In this document: piece by piece, positions 1 to 7,679 of the stretch
How the letters are laid out: the number at the start of each line of letters is the position of its first letter
Position numbering within the stretch: the first letter of the stretch is position 1
Origin: Candidatus Latescibacterota bacterium
Lineage (GTDB): Bacteria; Latescibacterota; UBA2968; UBA8231
Direction: 5' to 3'
NCBI GenBank assembly: GCA_965261395.1
Contig: OZ253462.1
Coordinates: 4,384,001 to 4,448,000 of the forward strand
DNA: 64,000 nucleotides
The notes under the pieces: generated by a model
Told to the model about the DNA's origin: nothing
The model's database searches: none
The model's input: the letters and a program-made list of their open reading frames with translations, nothing else
Translations under genes and position numbers: made by a program

Positions 1-957
1 TTAGACGTGCGGCTCGACCGCTCTGAGAACTACAGCGGCGTCCACCCCCAGCGCACAACCAGCACCAACGCTTGGGTGACCATCATCCGTGGTTGCGACA
101 AATTCTGCACGTTCTGCATCGTGCCCTTTGTGCGCGGCCGAGAGCGCAGCGTGGCCGCTGACGACATCGTGCGACAAGTACAACACATTGCTGCTGAGGG
201 ATTTAAGGAAGTTACCTTACTCGGCCAGACCGTTAATTCCTACCGCGCCGACAACGTGGATTTCGCCGATCTCTTGCGGCAGGTCAGCCAAGTTGAAGGC
301 ATTGAGCGGGTGCGCTTCACCTCGCCTTATCCGGTTGATTTTACCGACCGCGTGATCGACGCCATGGCCGAAGTCGGCCCGGTGTGCCCGAGCTTACACC
401 TGCCGGTCCAGAGCGGCTCAGATGAACAGCTTGCCCGCATGCGTCGCGGGTACACCATCGGTCAATACCGACAGCTCGTGCAGAAGCTACGCGCCGCCCT
501 GCCCGACCTCGCCCTAACCACCGACATCATCACCGGCTTTTGCGGCGAGACCGACGCGGACTTCCGCCAGACCTACGATCTAATGGAAGAGATCCGCTAC
601 GACTCGGCTTTCATGTTCAAATACTCGGAGCGCGAGGGCACGTACGCCCACAAGAAGCTGCCCGACGACGTCCCCGAAGCCGTCAAGGGCGAGCGCCTCC
701 AGCACATCATCGCCCTGCAAGAGGGGATCTCGCGCCAGACCAACCAGCGGCAAGTGGGCCGCACAGTCGAGGTCCTCGTCGAAGGCCCGTCCAAGCGGCC
801 AGCCGCCGATGGCCAACCCCGCTACTACGGCCGCACCCCGCAGGGCAAGACGGCGATTTTCCCGCAACCAGCAGCAAGCAACTCGCTCGTATCCGTCCAT
901 ATCTCCCGCACCACCTCGCATACGCTCTTTGGCGATCGCATCGACGACGCTGTATAA
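1..957 (+). CDS. miaB: tRNA-2-methylthio-N6-dimethylallyladenosine synthase MiaB (5' end outside window)
   Basis: GCDKFCTFC radical-SAM motif followed by IVPFVRGRERS, LHLPVQSGS, TDIITGFCGET, FKYSEREGT and a C-terminal TRAM domain; frame is open to the window edge. Confidence 0.93.
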   Translation, partial: LDVRLDRSENYSGVHPQRTTSTNAWVTIIRGCDKFCTFCIVPFVRGRERSVAADDIVRQVQHIAAEGFKEVTLLGQTVNSYRADNVDFADLLRQVSQVEGIERVRFTSPYPVDFTDRVIDAMAEVGPVCPSLHLPVQSGSDEQLARMRRGYTIGQYRQLVQKLRAALPDLALTTDIITGFCGETDADFRQTYDLMEEIRYDSAFMFKYSEREGTYAHKKLPDDVPEAVKGERLQHIIALQEGISRQTNQRQVGRTVEVLVEGPSKRPAADGQPRYYGRTPQGKTAIFPQPAASNSLVSVHISRTTSHTLFGDRIDDAV

Positions 958-1212
958 TATAAACCTGATAGTAACCTGTTAGACAAACAGTTACGGATTT
1001 ATATCATAGACCGAATAGCTCCGCCAATCTGCCGTCCGGTTATAATCGTTCAAATGTGAGAATTCGGAGCGGCTACGCTTTTTAGGTAGTGATTTTTATG
1101 CGACCCTGATATATTTGTAATTATTGCCTTAAGACCTATTGGCATAGGCCATTAAAAAAAAATTACTCCTTCCTACCACACTTTTTTGGGGTCTGTAAAA
1201 CTTCCGGCGGTC

Positions 1213-1315
1213 TGCGTCGGGCGAAACTGCACACGCTGTCAGTAGATAGGCGGTTTCTCCGCCTTATCCGCGAGCGCACTCGCTGGTCCTACTGGCGCTG
1301 ACGAGCCTATATGCA
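1213..1315 (+). ncRNA. Hammerhead-ribozyme-like motif (type II topology, non-canonical at one junction)
   Basis: Core elements C-GAAA-C (1222-1227) and CTGACGA-G (1298-1305). Closing stem TGCGT-c-GGGC / GCCT-at-ATGCA. GTC triplet at 1238-1240. Stem AGTAG/CTACT encloses two hairpins (1245-1268, 1270-1283). Four extra nt (GGCG) precede CUGA. Confidence 0.45.
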
Positions 1316-1763
1316 TCATTAAATCCCTGTCCTGCGCACAACGTTTATTATCTGATATTGCAGACGTTTGTAATCAAACGATCAAACCAAAAGAGTGGCT
1401 TATGCTACTACGCATAGTCGAAGGTCGAAGTAGGAAAGATGTATGAGAAGAACTTCTTGCTATAAGCCTTTAAATCTCTAAATAAGGAGATTCAAGATGA
1501 GAATCTTGATGCTTTTAGTAGCATGTATTGGATTTTCTTGCACCGATCAGGACAATCCTATAGCGCTCACTAGCACTCCCGCCGGGAAGGCCCATGTAGA
1601 TGACGCGGGCGAATGCCTTGCCATCTCTTGGCCTTGCGATACCGAAGTCGATTCCGTATGGACGGTCTTCTATGGGGCAGCCTATCGGTTCCAAGCCCAC
1701 GGCGAGCGCGTCCTGTTTTCTCATTATGTGGAGAGTAATAGGAAGAAACAGTACTGGGCCTCA

Positions 1764-2695
1764 GAAGCCGTCTGAAAACCCTTGCTGTAGCCGGTATTTG
1801 AATCGGCGTACTCATCGAGCCATATTCAGGTTTCGCGACAAAATCTGAACAGAAAGGCTCGTATGATGAGTACGCCTAGTAGGCAATATGCCACCGATGT
1901 AACCGATGTGCAATGGCGTCGGATCGAACCGTTGCTGCCGGCTTCGACATGGCAGCCGAACGGTCCGGGTCGGCCACCGCGGGATCGACGCCAGATCGTC
2001 AACGGCCTTTTGTATCTGACCAAGACCGGTTGTCCTTGGGCTTTGTTGCCTTCTTGTTTTGGACCGTGGAAAACGGTGTATGATTACTTTCGTCGCTGGA
2101 GTCTACAAGGGGTCTGGCCGCAGGTATTGGATCGACTCACCCAGCGGGAACGCCGCCTCAACGGACGGGCTCCAACGCCGTCGGCTGGCGTAGTCGATAG
2201 TCAGACGATCAAGACGGCAACCCATGGTAAAACAACCGGTTATGACGCCGGAAAAAAGGTCAAGGGGCGCAAGCGTCATCTGTTGGTCGACACCTCGGGC
2301 TTGCTTAGACAGGTGGTGGTCACCGCCGCCGATGTAGAGGATCGGGACGGCCTCAAGCAGGTGTTGACCCGCTTGGGGGCCTCCGGCGTAGCCCGGTTAC
2401 GCAAACTGTGGGGCGATGGCGGCTATCGAGGCGATCCGATCCGAACGTGGGTGGCTAACGTAAAAAAGACGCACAAAATAGACTTGGAAGTCGTCGCCAA
2501 ACAAGGCCCCGGCTTTGAGGTGTTACCACGCCGTTGGGTCGTCGAGCGCACGTTTGCGTGGTTGATGAATTTTCGCCGACATGCCCGAGATTATGAGGTG
2601 TTGACCCACCATAGCGAAGCCTTGATCCAGATTGCTATGATCCACTTGCTGCTCAAACGGATCAAATAGAAAAAATATAGTTTTCAGACGGCTTC
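1764..2695 (+). mobile_element. IS5-family insertion sequence (IS1031-like subgroup), 932 bp
   Basis: Perfect 16-bp terminal inverted repeats GAAGCCGTCTGAAAAC (1764-1779) / GTTTTCAGACGGCTTC (2680-2695), 3-bp TCA target duplication (1761-1763, 2696-2698), single transposase ORF. Confidence 0.95.
1863..2669 (+). CDS. IS5-family DDE transposase
   Basis: YATDVTDVQW, TGCPWALLP, VVDSQT, GYDAGKKVKGRKRHLLVD, DGGY and RRWVVERTFAWL..FRR motifs typical of IS5/IS1031 transposases. Confidence 0.95.
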   Translation: MMSTPSRQYATDVTDVQWRRIEPLLPASTWQPNGPGRPPRDRRQIVNGLLYLTKTGCPWALLPSCFGPWKTVYDYFRRWSLQGVWPQVLDRLTQRERRLNGRAPTPSAGVVDSQTIKTATHGKTTGYDAGKKVKGRKRHLLVDTSGLLRQVVVTAADVEDRDGLKQVLTRLGASGVARLRKLWGDGGYRGDPIRTWVANVKKTHKIDLEVVAKQGPGFEVLPRRWVVERTFAWLMNFRRHARDYEVLTHHSEALIQIAMIHLLLKRIK

Positions 2696-3208
2696 TCAGA
2701 AACTTCAACCCGCTTTGGGAAAGTTCAGTCGGGTTTCCGGTCGGGTGGTGGCGCGTGTGGTATCTGGAGCGAAGCCATCGACCATGATTCCTCTGTTGTG
2801 CGTATCTATAAAGGGGATGTGGACTACTTGTATAGAGATACGCCTAATGCCAGATATGCTCTATCCGAAAGCGATGTGCAGTATCCAATCGCCTTTGTGC
2901 AAGCAGAGGGGTCGGTGCACCACCGCGACTTTTTGAGTGTGCAGAATCGCGGCGAGCCGCGGCCGGCCAGTCTTGTAGAAATAAGAAGCACGCAGCATGT
3001 AGGCGCATACTACCTTCCGGTTAATTTTAGTGCCGTGGCAATTGATACCCTTATAGACCTGCCCGAGGATGAGCGGCCTTATTTGGAGCATTCCATTTGT
3101 TCGGGTAATGAATGTCCTGAGTGGGCGGAGTCGATTTGTCCGCTCGGTACGGAAGAGGATGTTGTAGTTCGAGATGTCTCTGTGGCAGAATCTACACCGT
3201 CCTCTGGC

Positions 3209-3308
3209 GAGGGCACTCCCTCTGGCGGCGATTCCCCCTCTGAGGGCGATTCCCCCTCTGACGGCGATTCCCCCTCTGACGGCGATTCCCCCTCTGGCGG
3301 CGATCCCC
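3209..3308 (+). repeat. 18-bp coding tandem repeat (GDSPS[D/E/G])n linker
   Basis: GGCGATTCCCCCTCTGnn units start at 3227, 3245, 3263 and 3281, with degenerate flanking units. Confidence 0.9.
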
Positions 3309-3535
3309 AGCCCGATCTGCCACCCGGTTTAGCCTGTGGTGGAGATTGTGATCCCGCTCAGGATCCAGGCGATGGCTGGAGTTGCCAAGGTGGAGCCCGT
3401 ACCCCTAGCGGCGGAGCCCTTTACCACGCTAACTACTGTGGAGATTTCACTGGTTGTTTTGTACCAAATGTTTGGGGCAACGGAAGTACTGATCCTCAAT
3501 TCAACTGCCCTCAATATTGAAACTTCAGAAGCGTC

Positions 3536-3771
3536 GAGGAACCCCATGTTCGCCCGTAGCCTCTGGCTCGCCGCGGCCTTTCGCTCCACCGCTTACGCCA
3601 CGGCGAGCCAGTAGCCCTATACCCGTAATAGAAAACCTCATTTCAATCAGAAGCCCAACGGTCCCCTAAACCGCGTTGGGCTTCTCCTGTTATCGCCTCG
3701 GTGAGCGACTCGAAGCCGAGGGGCGCGTTTTAGCATCGACCTAGCGGCAGCCGCGCACACGCTCGCATACT
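3536..3771 (+). pseudogene. Relic fragments of a lost glucose/sorbosone-dehydrogenase-like gene copy
   Basis: GAGGA-accccATG-FARSLWLAAAFRSTAYA (3546-3614) resembles the starts at 5673 and 7680; 3733-3771 GCATCGACCTAGCGGCAGCCG..CGCATACT matches ~5866-5904. Confidence 0.75.
3649..3685. other. Stem-loop, possible terminator
   Basis: AGAAGCCCAACG (3649-3660) / CGTTGGGCTTCT (3674-3685) perfect 12-bp inverted repeat; no strong U-tract. Confidence 0.5.
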
Positions 3772-4316
3772 AACCCACTACCGTTGCTGTGCGATTTTTT
3801 ATGACTTGTCTTTAATGTTGTACTAGTTTGACATTTCTGTAAGCCTTGTGTTTTTTAGGGTTACCCCTAAGCCTTGAAGCGGAACCGGCAGTTCTCCTTC
3901 TCCCCGTCGGAGGACGCACTGAAAAATGGCAACCAATCCACTATTTGAGATGCCATCGCCGCAGATAGCATCTAGCACCTCGGCCACATCCGATTTCCAG
4001 TTCCAAGATGTCGCCGACGTATAGTCATAAGTAATTGGTACCCCCCCCGAGTACCTCCCCTGTTTTCCACCGTTAGGCTATAAGTCTTAACAATTCCCAG
4101 TGATCGTCGGGAATAGGCGGCTTTGTCTGCCTTGGTCTCGCCTAAAGGACGAGGTGAATATACCACCTTTCCTTTGCGCTTGGGGACTGCTTAGGACGAC
4201 GCCAGACGCAGCTATCAACCGAATTCTGCGTCCGCCATTACACCCGTTTCGGTTCTCTACCAATCGGTCTAAATCAACCGATTTTTTGAGATGAAACTAG
4301 AACTGAGAGGTACACA

Positions 4317-5519
4317 TTGAAGCGTGCTATCTTTGCGGTAAGCATCCTGCCTGAAGCTCTAAACCGAGGCTATTTCAAGACAAAAATCTTGCTGCTTTTA
4401 GCAGCATTCATTGGATTTTCTTGCACCGATCACGAAAATCCGCTAGCACTCATTAGCATACCCGCCGGCAAGGTCAAGGTGGATTCGGGCTCTGACGAAT
4501 GCCTTGCCATATCTTGGCCCTGCGATACGGAAGTCGATTCCGTGTGGACGGTCTTCTATGGATCCGACTATCGGTTCCAAGCCCACGGCGACAGCGTCCT
4601 GTTTTCGCATTATCTAGCGAGCAATAGTAAGAAACAATATTGGGCATCAGAAACCTCAACCCGCTTGGGGAGGGTTAGGTCGGGTTTCCGCTCGGGTGAT
4701 GGAGCCTGTGGTATCTGGAGCGAAGCCATCGATCATGATTCCTCTGTTGTGCGTATCTATAAAGGGGATGTGGACTACTTGTATAGAGATACGCCTAATG
4801 CCAGATATGCTCTATCCGAAAGCGATGTGCAGTATCCAATCGCCTTTGTGCAAGCAGAGGGGTCGGTGCGCCACCGCGACTTTTTGAGTGTGCACAATCG
4901 CAACGACCCGAGGCCGGCTGATCTTGTAGAAAGAGGAGCCAATCCTACAAGGGCATACTACCTTCCGGTTAATTTTAGTGCTGCTGCACTCGATACGCTT
5001 ACAGACATACCCGAAGACGACCGGCCTTATTTGGATGATTCCATTTGTTCAGGTGATGAATGTCCTGAGTGGGCAGAGCCGATTTGTCCGTCTGAGCAGG
5101 AAGAGGAGGTTGTCGTTCGAGACGTCTCTATTGCAGAGAATAACTCTGCGTCGCAAGCGTCTACAACTACAACTGCAACTGCAACTGAACCCGAACCTGA
5201 ATCTGAACCCGAATCTGCAACTGCAACTGAATCTGAACCTGAATCTGAACCTGAATCTGCAACTGCAACTGCGACTGAACCCGAACCTGTGTGTAACGTG
5301 ACTGGCGAGCAGGTTACGTCGATAGAGGAGCGTTACTGGTACAGACTCATTAGGGGGACATACCAGGGAACCTCAGTTGCATTCGGTGACGACACTGGAT
5401 GCTTTTTTTCTCATGATTGTGCCGATGGCCAAATTGGTGGATGCGTAACGCTTACGAAGGTATCTGGACCTGGCAAAGCTACCACAGTCTTTAAGTGGTA
5501 TTGCTTTGATTGCCAATAA
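4317..5519 (+). CDS. Lipoprotein of unknown function (copy 2, intact) with Thr/Ala/Glu/Pro stalk and Cys-rich tip
   Basis: TTG start after GAGAGG; LLLLAAFIGFSC lipobox-like; ~250 aa closely similar to copy 1; start position uncertain. Confidence 0.8.
   Translation: MKRAIFAVSILPEALNRGYFKTKILLLLAAFIGFSCTDHENPLALISIPAGKVKVDSGSDECLAISWPCDTEVDSVWTVFYGSDYRFQAHGDSVLFSHYLASNSKKQYWASETSTRLGRVRSGFRSGDGACGIWSEAIDHDSSVVRIYKGDVDYLYRDTPNARYALSESDVQYPIAFVQAEGSVRHRDFLSVHNRNDPRPADLVERGANPTRAYYLPVNFSAAALDTLTDIPEDDRPYLDDSICSGDECPEWAEPICPSEQEEEVVVRDVSIAENNSASQASTTTTATATEPEPESEPESATATESEPESEPESATATATEPEPVCNVTGEQVTSIEERYWYRLIRGTYQGTSVAFGDDTGCFFSHDCADGQIGGCVTLTKVSGPGKATTVFKWYCFDCQ
5163..5288 (+). repeat. Hexamer-based coding repeat (TA)n/(EP,ES)n linker
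   Basis: Runs of ACTGCA, GAACCT and GAATCT encoding TTTTATATEPEPESEPESATAT. Confidence 0.88.
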
Positions 5520-5672
5520 GGCGATCCATGTTCGCCTGCTGCCTCTGGCTCGCCTACTGCGCGACCGGTGGTGTGTCAAGCGAGCCTAAGCCAACCGCTG
5601 TTTGTCATTGCTCCTAAACCTTCTATCTTGATTGGGTTGATTCCTACCCCACTCTCCCTCCGAAAGGACTCC

Positions 5673-7661
5673 ATGTTCGCTCGTTACCTCGCGCTCGCCG
5701 TGGTGCTCGTTGCCCTTTGCTCCACCGCCTACTCCGACCCGCAAGCGACCCGCGACGACATCGAAATCCGCCGCGTCCTCAACGTCCCCCAAGGCACGAT
5801 GCGCATCGCTAAAGATCCGCGTAACGATGTGCTCTACACCTTGCGGCAAAACGGCGCGATTGATCGCATCGACCTAGCGGCAGCCGAACACGCGCCCGCA
5901 TACTCCAGAGACGATCACGGCATCCGCAGCGGCTTCACGGGCTTTGCCATTGGGCCGGACGGTTCGTTTTACCTTGCGTCTAATCGCCGAGGCTCCCGCG
6001 ACAGCGGACAATTTGCCCTCGCGCGCGGGATTTTGCTCGACGCCGACACGGGCGAGCGGCAATGGGAACAACTCGACCCGGACAACCTACCGGTCGATGT
6101 TCCCATCGACGATATCCTCGCCGCCACCAGCCTCGGCCGCGATCCCACGACCGATATACGCTACGCCCTCAAGACCAACGGCAACATCACCCTCGTACCG
6201 TCGGGCACGGTGTACACAGCCGCCGACCACGGCTTCAGCCGCCCGAGCGCCCTGTTTATCGACGCCGACGGTACCTTTTACGTCCTCAAACGCATCGACC
6301 TATCCGGCTACAACATCGCCACCATCACCAAGGGCGAAGTCGATCCAAGCAGCAGCGAGCGCACTTGGTTCACCCTCGCGGAGACCGCGCCCTATGAGCG
6401 CTGCGACTGCATCTTCAACCACGAAGTCAACGGGCTAGTCGTCAGCCCCGACAACCGCTCGCTCTTTATCAACAGCGGCTCGCGCACCGATCACGGCGAA
6501 GTGCAAGACGGCAACAGGGCCTTTCCCGACCTGCGCGAAACCGCGCTCACCTCCGTAGTCTTGCGCGTCCCGACCGATGCCCGCGATCTCGTGCTACCCA
6601 ACGACCGCGACGCCCTCCGCACCCAAGGCTTCCTCTTTGCCGAGGGCCTGCGGAATTCTTACGACCTCGCCTTCGCCCCCAGCGGCGACCTCTTCGCCGC
6701 AGAAAATGGGCCAGACCGCGACATGGCCGAGGAACTCAACTGGCTGCGCGAAGGGCATCACTACGGCTTCCCTTGGCGCATGGGCCTCGAAGACACCCCG
6801 CAGCAATTTCCCGATTACGACCCGGCCAGCGACTTCCTCCTCCCAGCTAGGTTCACAGCCGTACGCGAAGGTTACTACCACAACGATCCCACGTATCCGC
6901 CACCGCCGCGCGACTTCACCGACCCAGTGATCAATCTCGGACCGGATGCCGACGCCTACCGCGATCCAGCCGACGGCCAAATCAAGGACGCTAGTGAAGA
7001 AGGCGTGCGCTTCGCCACCTTCACCGCGCACCGCTCTCCCTTGGGGCTGGTGTTCGACGCGGACAATGCCCTCGACGAGCCATTCCAAGGCGACGGCTTC
7101 GTGCTTAGCTGGACCGAAGGCGATCCCGACGGCGACGACATCGCCGGCCCGTTCAACGACCCCAGCCAAGACCTGCTGCACCTCGATTTGGCGAAACTCG
7201 GCGACAACTACGAGGCGCACGTCACCCGCATCGTCGGTGGGTTTTCCAACCCCATTGACGCGGAAATCATTGGCAATCGCATTTACGTCATCGAGTGGGG
7301 CGGCGGACGCGGGCTGTGGGAAATCGTCTTGCCACAGGCTGCAACCGAGACGGCTGTTGCCGAGGCCGAAGGCGTTGTGCCCGCAGAGTTTGCGCTGGTG
7401 CAAAACTTTCCCAACCCCTTTAACGCAAGCACCACCATTGCCTTCCAACTCGCTTTCGCCTCCCAAGTCGAATTGGCCGTTTACAACATCAGCGGACAGC
7501 GCGTGCGCACCCTCGTCAGCGATTCCCTGCCCGCCGGCCACCACCGTCTGCAATGGGACGGTCGCAACGACCGCGGTGAGCCAGCGGCCAGCGGCGCGTA
7601 TCTATACCAACTATCGGCCGGCGATTTTGTCGCCACCCGGCAGCTTATGCTACTCAAGTGA
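5673..7661 (+). CDS. Secreted glucose/sorbosone dehydrogenase-like beta-propeller with C-terminal FlgD-Ig / T9SS type-A-like domain
   Basis: True start at MFARYL (RBS AAGGA); signal peptide; GLRNSYDLAF, ENGPD, EELN, HYGFPW GSDH-like motifs; C-terminal QNFPNPFN...WDGRND...SGAYLY...LLK. Confidence 0.8.
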   Translation: MFARYLALAVVLVALCSTAYSDPQATRDDIEIRRVLNVPQGTMRIAKDPRNDVLYTLRQNGAIDRIDLAAAEHAPAYSRDDHGIRSGFTGFAIGPDGSFYLASNRRGSRDSGQFALARGILLDADTGERQWEQLDPDNLPVDVPIDDILAATSLGRDPTTDIRYALKTNGNITLVPSGTVYTAADHGFSRPSALFIDADGTFYVLKRIDLSGYNIATITKGEVDPSSSERTWFTLAETAPYERCDCIFNHEVNGLVVSPDNRSLFINSGSRTDHGEVQDGNRAFPDLRETALTSVVLRVPTDARDLVLPNDRDALRTQGFLFAEGLRNSYDLAFAPSGDLFAAENGPDRDMAEELNWLREGHHYGFPWRMGLEDTPQQFPDYDPASDFLLPARFTAVREGYYHNDPTYPPPPRDFTDPVINLGPDADAYRDPADGQIKDASEEGVRFATFTAHRSPLGLVFDADNALDEPFQGDGFVLSWTEGDPDGDDIAGPFNDPSQDLLHLDLAKLGDNYEAHVTRIVGGFSNPIDAEIIGNRIYVIEWGGGRGLWEIVLPQAATETAVAEAEGVVPAEFALVQNFPNPFNASTTIAFQLAFASQVELAVYNISGQRVRTLVSDSLPAGHHRLQWDGRNDRGEPAASGAYLYQLSAGDFVATRQLMLLK

Positions 7662-7679
7662 GCATCGCTAAGGAACCCC

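Larger units (their letters stand above)
1497..3520 (+). pseudogene. Lipoprotein of unknown function (copy 1), interrupted by IS5-family element; reconstructed 362 aa
   Basis: RBS AAGGAG, lipobox-like IGFSC. Joining 1497-1763 to 2699-3520 restores the frame (WAS|ETSTRFGKVQSGFRSG), colinear with the paralog at 4317-5519. Confidence 0.9.

Noticed and set aside
3880-4316. Second ribozyme, riboswitch or small ORFs upstream of lipoprotein copy 2
   Set aside because: No hammerhead core or known riboswitch consensus found by eye; the 64-aa ORFs lack coding signals.
1497-5519. Diversity-generating retroelement acting on the lipoprotein tips
   Set aside because: No reverse transcriptase and no template/variable repeat pair differing only at adenines.
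6594-7553. Long antisense ORFs (also 34984-35913, 42180-43382, 52728-53606, 60392-61114)
   Set aside because: Shadow frames opposite well-supported genes, expected in GC-rich DNA; no motifs.
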